The translations under genes and the position numbers were made by a program. This document shows positions 13,301 through 24,576 of a stretch of 64,000 nucleotides of DNA, one piece after another. Origin of the DNA: Cenococcum geophilum (lineage: Eukaryota); the NCBI GenBank assembly GCA_050273025.1, contig CP158635.1, positions 30,876,001 through 30,940,000 on the forward strand, written 5' to 3'. Every line of letters begins with the position of its first letter. The stretch's first letter is position 1. Under the pieces are notes generated by a model. The model saw only the letters and a program-made list of their open reading frames with translations. It was not told where the DNA came from and did no database searches.

Positions 13301-14904
13301 GCTCAATAGCGTTAGGTCCTGCATGGCCAAGTATTTTGTGCTATTTTGTAGCTATAGCTCCGACTGGTTTACGGGCCATTCTGCTTGGTTGATGTCTTCT
13401 TATTAAGAAGGTCGATTGATTTGTCGAATCTAGGGTATTTATAGGCTCTCGGTGCATTAGTGCCCAGTAGCCCCCTAGTCGTTTTGTATAGTATACTATT
13501 TCGCCAGTTGCTAGACGGTATAGTAAGTTTCGTCCTAAGTCGAAATGGATATCGTTATCAGTAGCTCTTAATAGTGCTATAATATTTGTGAATATGGTAG
13601 GTACTAATGCTATATGGGATAGCTTCATTTTTGAGCTCCTAGTAGGTGTATTAATAGTAATCGTTACTATTCTGTAGGCTTAAATCTTTTTAAAATTTCC
13701 GCTAGCAATTAGGTAGTCGTCTTCTGTAGCTAGGTGGGAGAAGGTAAAGTCTTCTTGGTTATTACAGACGTGGGTATTTGCACTAGGGTTAAGTATCTAG
13801 GTGTTCTGGAGCTTAAATGGAAATTAACTAGTACTAAACGCGGCAGCATGGCTAGTAGGTGTCTTAGACGGTAGGGTTTTAGAATTAAAATCTATTGTAG
13901 ATTTTGTGTTCTTCTTTGCTTCCTATTCTCTTTTTTAAGATAAGGTTAATGATGCGTTTAATCTAAGGTATAGATAAAATTGCTTCTTCTACTTTCTTTT
14001 GGATGTTTGGGTTTGGTTTCTATCCTTGAGGGCGCTTCTGCTCGACGATGTAGTAGCAGCTGCTGAATCGATGTTTGAAGCCGCATATGTATTCCTTATT
14101 CCATTTTGAATTTGAATTAGAATTGGAATTGCCTAGGGTTGTAAAGGTAGAGTTATTAGTAGGGGTAGTAAAGGATGCTACTTGCTGCATGCGGTAGTGC
14201 TCCTTAAATTCCTTAATTAGATCGATGATAGATGGGGTATCTTTATCCTTCCGTTCTTTTTTAATAAGGTCTACTTCTAGTGCTCCTGCAAAACTAGAAG
14301 AGATGGATTTAATAGCTTAAATAAAGTTATAGTATGGCCTAAATCCTTATATATCTGGTAGCTTTAATTACTCTGCAAGCTTATAGACATTTCGCCAGTT
14401 ATTTAACTATTTATCAATGCTCTGCTTTTTATTGTAGACTTTTAAAGCCGTGTACTGATTTAGGACGTCTCGTTTTTAACCTAAGGTAGTAGGGGCTAGT
14501 GTAGTCTTAAGTGCTTGAAGCCGTTCGTGTACCGTGTTAAGGTCGTTAATAAGTAGAAGGTAGGCTACTAATATAGTGCGAATGATATAGTTACTGATAT
14601 CGTTTATAGCCCATTTTTGCTTCTTGTATGTGCGAAGATCGTCTTTATATTTAGTATAGAGCTAGTTATATGTGGTGAGCTGACTTGGGTCTAGCTTTGC
14701 TATTGATGTAGCCGTAGGTAGTATATCCCTTGGTGTGGGACGACTTGGTTGTGCTAGCTTTAGACGCTCGCCTTTTTTAGATGGGTTAATGTGCTCCTAT
14801 ACCTCGTTAGTTTTAGCAGTGTCTTGGATAATAAAGAACCACTGTGTCTAATCAAAAGGCTGGTTGAGGATGAGGTTGACTTTCGATTCGCTTGTGGTTG
14901 TCAT
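10302..14904 (-). pseudogene. F Copia gag-pol polyprotein (gag-PR-IN-RT-RH)
   Basis: ATG at 14904; (W)IL(D)P(G)ANTHVCN, (W)HKILGHAG, APYTEEQN, KARL(C)V(R)GDLQ, FFYVD(D)I, ETRRSS.GY; ends LNLVDI* at 10302. Confidence 0.93.
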
Positions 14905-15150
14905 TTTTAGGATTTAACAGGTTAGGTAGGGTCCAATTGGCGTCTTAGCAAAAACCTTATTTTGATGTTTCGAACTTTTGATTTGATTCGTCAGTTCGTT
15001 TGTTAGTCGGGTACGTACGTTAACTGGGGTTGATTGTCCGTTCGTTTGATAGGTGAAGAAGCTCGAGACACTATAAAGGTAGAAGTAGTGACTTCTTAAA
15101 TAAAGTAGTAGATTAATTAGTTAGCAGGTGGTGCGATCCGGGCTTATAAC

Positions 15151-15385
15151 TATAAGCTTTATAGTGCGAAGAATTGAATAAATAACTTGATTGTGAATGT
15201 AGCTCTAGAGGCTCTATATATATACGAAGAAGGTAGAAGTAATGGGGTAATAGATAGCTGAAATGGGAACGGTAATCTGCCACTAATATTGATCTGCAAC
15301 CACTATATTGGGTGGCGTTGACGCCATCTTGGAGCCTTCTAAGCGGTGATCTTGTGTCTTAACGCAGTGTCGGTAGTCGGTTATA
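15151..15385 (-). repeat. F 5' LTR
   Basis: Direct repeat of 5259-5493. Confidence 0.95.
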
Positions 15386-16499
15386 AGCATACTAGTAGCA
15401 TCTAAGCTATTTTCTGAATCTTAAAATGATTAGATATTTATAAACGCTAGAGACTAGTTTGACTTATATACCTAGGCTTAATAGGAGCTTAGTAAGGTTA
15501 CTAGCGTCCTACCTAATACCGCTAATATAAAGGAGCTAGATAAGCTGGCTAAGAAAATAGCTAACTTACGGAGCATTATTAATTTAATAAAGCCCTCCCG
15601 TCGCCTCTTTAGTAAAGAGTATAAGTTATATAGTAAACATATACGCCGAATAAATCTCGACGCCCTAGTTAAGAAGTTACTACCTAATATTGGCGGTACT
15701 ACTTAACAGTACTTTAACCGGTGGATTGCCGCAGTTAAGAACCAATTTAAGGTTAATGACGCTAACTACAACTGTAAGCAATGCATGCGCTAGGCTATTA
15801 AAGGTCTTATAAAAGAGAAGACAATTACCTAACTGGTTTATCGCCGGTTAGGCACTAAGGATAAGGGTCCTTTACTATAGGATGAATTTAAGACTATAGT
15901 CTAAGACTAGATTAGGAACCCTATAGTAAGACGCTTTAATAACGCTATAATATACTATATGGCTGTTATAAAGGAGAACTAGAGGTTTGACGTCTTCCTA
16001 GCCTATATATATAGCTTAAAGGACCTCTTCTTATATACCCCTTTTGTTAATCCTAAATAATAGGTAGACTTTTAGTTCTTATGTCTCCCAGCCTACCTAT
16101 AAGTAGAGCTCTTCTGCTAGAACTTCGCCTAACGGGTAAGAACTGCTAAAGACCTCTTTAACAAAATCCGCTGTGTAGAGCAATTGCTCGATACTATAAA
16201 GCTCGTAGAAGATCGCGTAAGTAGCAGCGGCAAATTATTGTGTACGAAGCGCGGTCGTAGTATAGGCTCTATAGACTTAGGCTTAGGGAACAGAACCTAA
16301 AAAGGGCGACGCTTTTCTAAGTAAACTCCTAGGGAGACTACCTAAAAGCCAAATGGCTTAGGGGACCCCCTAGACACTGGTGCTATATAGGCGAGTTAAA
16401 GGACCATAGGCGGCCACTGTAAGGAATACTGGAAGTAGGCTAATAAAGAGAAGTTAGCTTAGGCTTTAGAAAACCTAAAGCCCTAGTAGTATATCTCTC

Positions 16500-19400
16500 T
16501 TAACTGCAACTAGGGCCTAATATAGAGGGAGAGAAGAAACGCATTGTAGTATATATTATAATAGATACGCCCTAGGGCGAAGTCCGCCTATATACTTTAT
16601 ACGACAATAGGTGCTAAATTAACCTCATTAATTAAGATGTTGTCCGTAGGTTTAACCTACCTATACGCTACGCGCTACGTTTACGTAAACCTATTATATA
16701 TTTCCTTAATAGCAACCAGATAATAATTTAGGATACTTATAATCTAATAGTTACCACTAGCAACTCCTAGGGTACCTCTCGTACTATTAGCCCGCAGACC
16801 TTTTAGGGCGGCTTATTTAATAGTTATAATATAGTTCTTAAATGGGATTGGCTTATAGAAGCAGATCTATTAATTAGCTTTTATTCTGGATAGTTTATCT
16901 AGGGTACTTTAGACCCTAAACGCCTTTAGATAGTCACCCTTAACACTCTCCTGGTAGATATTAAGGCTAGCGAAATAGTCTATTTGCTATAACCAGAAGA
17001 CTCCTTCTTTACGCCAGTTGTAAATATAATAGAGGACCTATTATTACTGGTAGTGAGTACCTGTGTAGACCCTTCGGATATAGAGATACTGGTTATAAAT
17101 ATAGTAGAGGACCTGCCGTTACTAGCAGCGAGTACCCGTAAAGACCCTCTAGTGCTAGCGCAGATTACCTATATATAAGGGGGAGGTAATTAAAACCCCA
17201 AAACTATTAAGTATACTATAGCAGAGCTATATATACTCTTAGTGTAAGTATACCTATAAAACGCATATTGGCCGCACCTTTCTTTTTACTAGCTCCCAGA
17301 AGTATACTACTACGTAATAGTTGCTTTGACCTCTGTGGCCCCTGGCCTACTAGATATATATAAGGAGGAAATTAATATCTTCTCTAATGAACTAGTAAGC
17401 ATACTACCGCAGAACTCTAAGTATAACTATATGATCAACTTAGAAGAAGGCAAGACGCCACCGTAAATACCCCTCTATAACCTCTTATAAAAAGAGTTGT
17501 AGATCTTATAAGAGTACCTAGATAGTGCTCTTAAAAAGGGCTAGATTAGGCCCAATAAGTCGCCTGCTAGAGCGCCTATCCTCTTTATACTAAAAGCAGA
17601 TAGTATAATACGGCTATATGTTAACTATAGATGCCTAAACAAAATTACAATTAAAAATTGGTACCCCCTACCGCTAGTCGGTAAACTCTTTAATAGGCTT
17701 AGCTATATAAAGATATTTATAAAGCTAGATCTTTATAATACGTACTATAGGATTTATATTAAAAAGGGAGACGAATAGAAGACCGTATTTAAGACATGCT
17801 ACGGTCACTTTAAGTACCTAGTGATGCCCTTTAGTCTTATTAACGCCCCTACGATTTTCTAGAGCTATATTTATAAAGCTTTAGAAACCCTAGTAGATAC
17901 TATTTATATAGTTTACCTAGATAATATTCTTATCTACTTAAATAACGAGGACAAGCACGTTAAGCACGTTAAGTAGGTACTATAACAGCTCCGCGCTTAG
18001 GGCCTATACGCCAAACTATTAAAATATATCTTTTATACTAAGAACGTTGAGTTTTTAGGCTTTATTATCACCCCTAGGGGTATTATAATGGACCCTAACC
18101 ACGTAAAAGCTATTAAGAAATGGCCTAAACCTAAGTCCTATAGGGATATCTAGGTCTTCCTTAGCTTTGCCAACTTTTATAGGTGATTTATCTAGAACTA
18201 CTCGGATACCGCATACCCCCTACACGCATATCTTATATGGGCACATCATAACCCAACGTTAAATAGGGAGAAGAAGAAGAAGCGTAAGTTAAAAGGGCCT
18301 ACTAAATGGCATCAGCCTTGGTCCTGGCCCGATAACGCACAGCAGGCGTTTTGTAAGCTACGCGCTACGTTTACATAGGCTCCTCTACTTCGCCACTTCA
18401 ACCCTAATCTACCCCTAATAGTAATTACTAACGCTTCCGATTATACCTATAGTGGTATACTTCTGCAGCCTTTAGGGTAGGGAGATTAACTCTACTAGTA
18501 CCTAATTACTTATTACAGTTAGAAGCTTACTAGCCTAGAAGTATAGTATAATACGTATAATAAAGAACTACTCGCTATAGTGCAATGCTTTAAAACGTGG
18601 CGCTATTACCTTAAATACGCCGCGCATGTAACGCGCGTGCTCTGCGATTATAATAATCTTAGGTACTTTATAACCACTAAGAGCTTATCTACTTACTAGG
18701 CCCAGTACGCCAAGGAACTAGCTAAGTTTAATTTTAAGATTAAATATAAGCTAGGTAAGATAAATCCTACTAACGCACTATTCCGGCACCTAGATTATAC
18801 TAAAGGCTTTAAAAATAGCAGTAAGAGGATAATCCTTAATACTATACTGCTTATATTATAGTAAAAGTTACGGGTTATGGGCCTTATAGGCGGCCCTAGT
18901 GCTACTATATTAAACTAGCGAGTAGTATATATATAGTATATAAGCGACTCTTGCGAACTTAGCGCCGGTAAACTAAAGCGTCCTACTATTTTCTTTAAGA
19001 CTACTCTAACTAACCTAATGGCGCTTAACCCTAGGGAAGACCCCTTAGCCTAGGCTACGGTCCCCCGCGATAACCCAGTGAGTTACCTATGTATTATATA
19101 TTACTTCACTAGTACCAACTTTGCGTAGAGTCTCGTGCCACGGCAAGAAGTAGTAGTAGCTACTTTAGCCAAAATGGCGTTCACGGAACAATCCCCCAAG
19201 TTACTAGTTAATTTTATTTATGGAGTATAAAAAAGGGACGCCTTTATACGCTCTATATATAATTAGTTAACCTAAAAATAAGTTCCTACCGGTAATAAGA
19301 ACTATACCCTTAATAATTAAGGACTCCTAAGGCAAAATAATAAGGTCTAGGTGCTAAATTGTATACTACTATAACAGGAGATCCTTAAGCGGAATTATAA

Positions 19401-20775
19401 CGATCCTATAGGCGGCCACTATGGTTTTAACCGTACTTTTAAGGTAATTGTATAAAAGTATACTTGGAACGGCCTTACCTAGGACCTCCGTAAATACCTA
19501 GATAATTATAATGCCTACTAACGCTCTAAATCGCGCCGCTATAAACCCTATAGTAAGCTATAGCCTTTTTAAGCCCCCACCCGAGCCTAGCGGTATTATT
19601 TACTTAACTTTATTACGGATCTCCTAGAGTCTAAGACTCCTAATAGCGTAGAGTATAACTTCGTCCTTGTTCTTATAGACCGTTTTATAAAGCTAGTGCG
19701 CTACTATCTAGTGCGTAAGATAATTAATGCTACGCAACTCGCAGAACTCTTATTTAGAGTCTTTATATAAATAGGGCCTTTAGATAATATTATCTTTAAT
19801 AAGGGTAGTGTATTTATAAGCGAGTATTAGAGCACTATATACTACTATCTCTGCGTTTAATGTAAACTTAGTACTATATTCTACCCGTAGATAGATAGTT
19901 AGACGGAGCGTCAGAACTAGGAGCTTAAGGTATACCTATATATATTTACAAACTGGGAACAGTCTAATTAGGCCTTTCTACTTAAAGAAGTAGCCTTTGC
20001 CTATAACTTTAAGGTCTATACCATAACAAAGCGTTCCCCTATTAAGCTCGCCTATGGCTAGCTACTAAACGTCCTAAATAGAGTCCTGGATAGCGTTTAA
20101 GACGCCTAGTAAGATAGGGAGGGGTCTAAGTTAATAAATATCTAACTCGCAGAGACGTATCTATAACGCCTGCGCCTTATATATAAGGTAGCGGCGGCGT
20201 CAATAATATATGCCCAAAAGCTTTAGGTAAAATACTATAATCGTTACCACCTGGCCAAGTATTTCGCCGTTAGTAAACGAGTCCTGCTTTCCTCTAAGAA
20301 CATCCGCACGAAACGCCCCTATAAAAAGCTTAACTATAAGTTTATAGGACCGTTTTAGATCCTAGAGCGCGTAGGGCAACAAGTATATAAGCTAGAGCTT
20401 CTACCTACTATGGCACGGCTCCACCTAGTCTTCTATATCTCCCTACTAGAGCCTTATAGGTTACGCTCTGGGTTTTAACCCCTGGCAGTAAAAGAGCTTA
20501 AGGAAGGCAACTAGGAAGTAGAAGCAATTATCGCCTACTAAAATTATGCTAGACAACTATAGTATCTTATTAAATGGCTAGGATGGCTAAATAAGTATAA
20601 TAAATGGAAATATAAGACAGAACTTAAGAATTGTTAATAACTGCTAGATAAGTACCGTAAGCGGGACACCCTAGCCTTATAGCCGAAGCGTAGGCGAAAA
20701 GTAAGCGCCGCTGTTAAAATATAACCTGTATTAAAGCGAAATAGAGGACGTCTAAAGGGATTAAAGAATAAGTAA
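16500..20775 (+). pseudogene. E pol: PR-RT-RH-IN-chromodomain-AT-hook
   Basis: KSPA(G)APILF, YPLPL, KTVFKT.YGHF.YLVMPF, VYLD(D)ILIY, DKELLAIV, GGHYGFNRT, (W)EVEAII...YL.KWLGW; ends KRNRGR(P)KG(S)KNK*. Confidence 0.93.
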
Positions 20776-21014
20776 CGATTGCTGTGACTTGTAGGCGAGG
20801 CTACGGTGTATACTGGCAACGAAGCTTAATTTAGAAAACACCCTTCCTAGACCTAATCCGTTACTTTATGCCAGCTAAGCAGATTGCTTATATATTAGAG
20901 AATAGGCCTATTTATAACTGGGGTCTATTTAACTAGGGTCCACAACCTGCTAGTAACCCGCTAGTGGTAACCTATACTAATAACTTATACTATTCCACGT
21001 ATATGCTATACAGA

Positions 21015-21245
21015 TAACGCGCAAGGCTAAAGTATAGGTTAGTAGCGGATTTAACGGGTATATAGCCTTGCCGTCCTAAACCTGGCTGCATATAAGTAAC
21101 CTATAACCTACCCATAAAGTATATACGGCGCTACGCTAGTATAGCGTAAGGCTAAAGTAGGGTTAGCGGCGGATTTAATAGGTATATAGCCTTACCGTTT
21201 ACGAATCTAGCTGTATACGAATAACCTATAACCAACCCACGAGGT
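21015..21245 (+). repeat. Two ~105-bp direct repeats (period ~125 bp) in the E 3' UTR
   Basis: GC(A)AGGCTAAAGTA..GGTTAG..GCGGATTTAA..GGTATATAGCCTT(G)CCGT occurs twice. Confidence 0.8.
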
Positions 21246-21626
21246 ACTAGCGACCTGCCTATATAAGTAAGCTTTTAGAATATTTCTGGTCTACCAAATT
21301 TAGGCGATGGTATTGAGCTCTACTAGCTCTACTTGTTAAATAGACTAATTAGGATTTTCTATGCTGGGTATACAAAATTACTACTAGCTTGGTTAAATGT
21401 GGGGGAGTCTTAGCAAGGCAAATCTGACTAATTAGACAACTTTAACCGCTGGTCGAAGTTCCTTAATATCTTCGCGCCGTGTACGTGTATTACCCGTCTC
21501 TCTATACGCAAAATCAAAACGCTCTTTCCCCTCTAAATTTTTTCCTTACTAAGGTTTTTTATAGGGTTTTATTAAGGCTTAAGCATATAAAGGATTGGGG
21601 ACGACCCTTTTTAAAGGGGGGGGCAT

Positions 21627-21851
21627 TATTAGGTAAAACCTAAGTAGATAGTTATATAGCCGTAAGGTACGGGCGACCCTAGGGCAACCTAGGGGTGACT
21701 CGCCCGTAAGGCACGTGCTCTATATATACCTACGGAAAACCCTTCCTACCTCGCATACAGACTCCTCCTTTTCCCTTAAGGATTCGTCTCTGTCTATACA
21801 ATATACCCATTATTCTATCATTGGACTCCCTATCTATATCCTTACCTCATA
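21627..21851 (+). repeat. E 3' LTR
   Basis: Follows the PPT; direct repeat of 4878-5102. Confidence 0.95.
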
Positions 21852-22251
21852 CTATATAATAAAGGAAACTAGACTAGTAGAAGACATATATATATAAAGG
21901 AATAATAGTGTACTATAAGGAACAAAAGAGTGTTTAATTAGAAGCTTTACGTTTTATTATAACAACGTATACTAAATTTATAAAAACGCTAAATATAGCG
22001 CGAGCTATTAGCTATAGGAGCTAACAACCTTAAAGTATAGAGGAACTAATAAACTAGTTTATAGATCGGATATTAAGGACGATAAGTTTAATATAGGCGA
22101 AACATTTTATAACAATAAGGCAATAAAGGCAGTTTACTAAAAATATATAAACCTTAAAGATGTTATATAGGAAGTAGAGGATAATTCCACTACAGAGTAG
22201 GGAACATTAGTAGGGATTAAGACCCCACTAGATATAATGTCTATTACTTTA

Positions 22252-24576
22252 CACCACCCTAGCACATTTCGCTGTAAGTGCCTTATTAGCGCTGCTAATT
22301 ATTTAAAGAACGCTGTCTGTTTTACTAGGCAAAATGGGGTTAGTCTCTAACGGATCAACACGCTTAGAAAGACGCCCATATTAAAATCAAATATAGCTTT
22401 TCAAATTAAGCGATTATAAGGGATTTTACCTATATACTAATTTCTATAGAGGAGCAATTAAGCAATTATCAAATTGCTAAATAAGTGTTTAATTCCTTTC
22501 TTTAAGTTCTCACCTAAATCTACTACTTAGTTATGCCCCCTTTAGCTGCAATTATATCGCGTATATATTGCCTTATAGATATAACAAGTTGGTATAAATC
22601 TTCTTCCGTAATCTTATCCTACTTCTCCTAAATTACCTATTATATCTGCTCCTCCGTATAAGGCTTATTGCAACGCTAGGTAATTTATTCCTTTATTATC
22701 TTCTAAAGAGCTTTAATTAGGTTAAGATTAGGGCTATTTAGAGGCCAATTAAGTAGTTAGATTTAGTTAGCCGTAAATTTAGCTATAGTAGATCGAGCTT
22801 TATATACGGGTGCGCCGTCCATTTATATAATAGATAGGGTAGGATTAAATAACTAGGGGGGGTTAATATATATATAGTACTCCCTATTATAGTATTCGTA
22901 GAAGTTCTTTAGGCTTAGGTAAATATAATCTTAGAAGCCTTAAGCTATAATATTACCCCATTCCTACTTATTCCAAAAGACTAAAGGCCCTTTCTTAATA
23001 CCTATAAAGTAAGCCTAAATTATTATATAAGGTATATTGCGGAGTCTTAGCTAAAGGTAGTAGGGGTAAAATTATTTATAAGGCCGTCAAGTTATAAAAA
23101 CACGCTAGTGGCCACTATAGTATATTACAGATTCGTCTATCCATATAATCTTAAACTAGTCTTTAATCGTCTATAAGCTTATATAGTAGGCGAATGCAAG
23201 TCGCTCTTAGCGCTGCCTTTAGGTAAGCTACAGTTTTAGGTAAGCAACACATTACTAGAAGCTTTCCTTTTTTAGTAATTACCTAATTATAGAGTTGGAA
23301 GCGTAGTGTCCTATTTTAGCAGAGAGCTTAATATAGGTGGCAGTACGGGCCCAATTGTAAGATTTAATAAAGTTAACTAGGCGTTAACGCGTAGGTATAT
23401 TATACCCAAGGCGATTTCTAAAGCCACTATATTACGGAGTTAATAGTTTATTATAGATGGCGTATATAGTTAATAGAGGCTCTTATAAAGTAGTTACGAT
23501 AGTAGTAAAAGGCATAGAGAGAACGTTTTAGAAGGCTTTAATTATATACTATATTTTATATAGTACGGAGCCACATTAGCAAAGATCGCACGCCTATACA
23601 ATTACGCTCTACCAATACTCATTAATATAGCGGTAGTATTACTTAATCCTCTGGTCTTTGTGCCGTAACTCTCTTTAGGCTTTATATAAGGTATTCTAAA
23701 TAATTTAATTATAAGCTCGGCGCTCCTAGCGATTAGGCGTTAAAGGAGATACTTAAGGAGAGGGAGATACCTAAGGGAAGGGAGATGCCTAAAAGGAGGG
23801 AGAAAATGGTGCTGTAGGTACATCTAGTAACACTATATTAAGTATTATAGTTGCATTAAAAGCAGGTCCAGTAAAGGCCTAAAAAGGCGAAATTAAACGG
23901 AAGATAATATTAGAAAAGCTAGGTAGAGCTCTTTAATTTGGCTAAATATTGCGTTTAGTATATAAGGGAGGAAGGGTAGAAGAATATATAGGGGGAGGTA
24001 TACTTAGGGATTAATTTTCGTCTAAATTCTCGTTGGAGGCTATATCTAAAGAAGTATATATAGATCAGTATTAGAAACGATTAATTCTAGTATAAAAAGG
24101 GCTAATTTTAATAAGAGTAATATACTGTCCTTTTATATAACCTTAAGCTCGCCATACCTACCAAAAGTTATCCCCTAAGTCGTCCCCTAAGTCGTCCCCT
24201 AAGTCATCCCTCTAACCTAATTACTTACCCAACCGCTTACTACCACCGTCACCACCTCTCTACTTTGTTATAATCTCTACTATTACGGATAAGGCCGCTT
24301 AAAGAGGCGTATAAGTCTTTCTATATAAAGAAACGCGTTAAGTATTAAGAATATTAGTTAGTAATATAAAATTAAGAAGAGCCTCGTCACGACCGTACCA
24401 GGAGAGCACCTGATCGTAGAGCTGAAGAAAATGAGTCAAAGGCGTTAAAGGCGTCGCGGTCGCATCACGAGTTGAGGTTATTCGGATATTTCCATTTGAT
24501 ATCGCCGATCGATCCATATACGGCTAGTAGGAGGCTTGATCGACACGCACTTACAACGAGATGTGACAAGGTGGTG
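22252..24576 (-). mobile_element. Tc1/mariner DNA transposon G (2325 bp)
   Basis: TA TSD (22250-22251, 24577-24578); ~30-bp imperfect TIRs CACCACC..CACAT.TCG.TGTAAGTGC; the empty site is seen in A1 at ~33605. Confidence 0.93.
22522..23950 (-). pseudogene. Tc1-type DD34E transposase (start approximate)
   Basis: IW(T)DES; MDGAPV(H); WP(P)NSP(D)LN(P)I(E). Exactly 34 residues lie between the second D and the E position. Confidence 0.9.

Larger units (their letters stand above)
5259..15385 (-). mobile_element. Copia/Ty1 element F (10.1 kb) containing an Ngaro/DIRS-type coding module
   Basis: 235-bp direct LTRs 5259-5493 and 15151-15385; TSD AGCAT (5254-5258, 15386-15390); PPT complement CACCCCCCCAGAT at 5494; GTTAT(G)AGCCCGG after the 5' LTR. 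Confidence 0.95.
5155..16490 (+). pseudogene. E gag, split by F (5155-5258 + 15391-~16490)
   Basis: ATG at 5155 just after the LTR; ORF remnant lies between the 5' LTR and the protease. Confidence 0.65.
4878..21851 (+). mobile_element. Gypsy chromovirus E, full length, interrupted by Copia F
   Basis: 225-bp direct LTRs 4878-5102 and 21627-21851; TSD CTATA (4873-4877, 21852-21856); poly-G PPT at ~21613-21623. Confidence 0.95.

Noticed and set aside
10477..13392. Plus-strand ORFs 10477-10680 and 13201-13392
   Set aside because: Antisense shadows of the Copia F polyprotein.
21015..21245. Possible hammerhead ribozyme in the E 3' UTR repeats
   Set aside because: No CUGANGA + GAAA + NUH core could be placed even after de-RIP.
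20634..21897. ORFs 20634-20819(-) and 21715-21897(+)
   Set aside because: The first is antisense to the E pol tail; the second spans an LTR/host junction.
24168..24232. CCCCTAAGTCGT / TAACC units as telomeric repeats
   Set aside because: A 12-bp tandem repeat inside the Tc1 element, not a (CCCTAA)n array.
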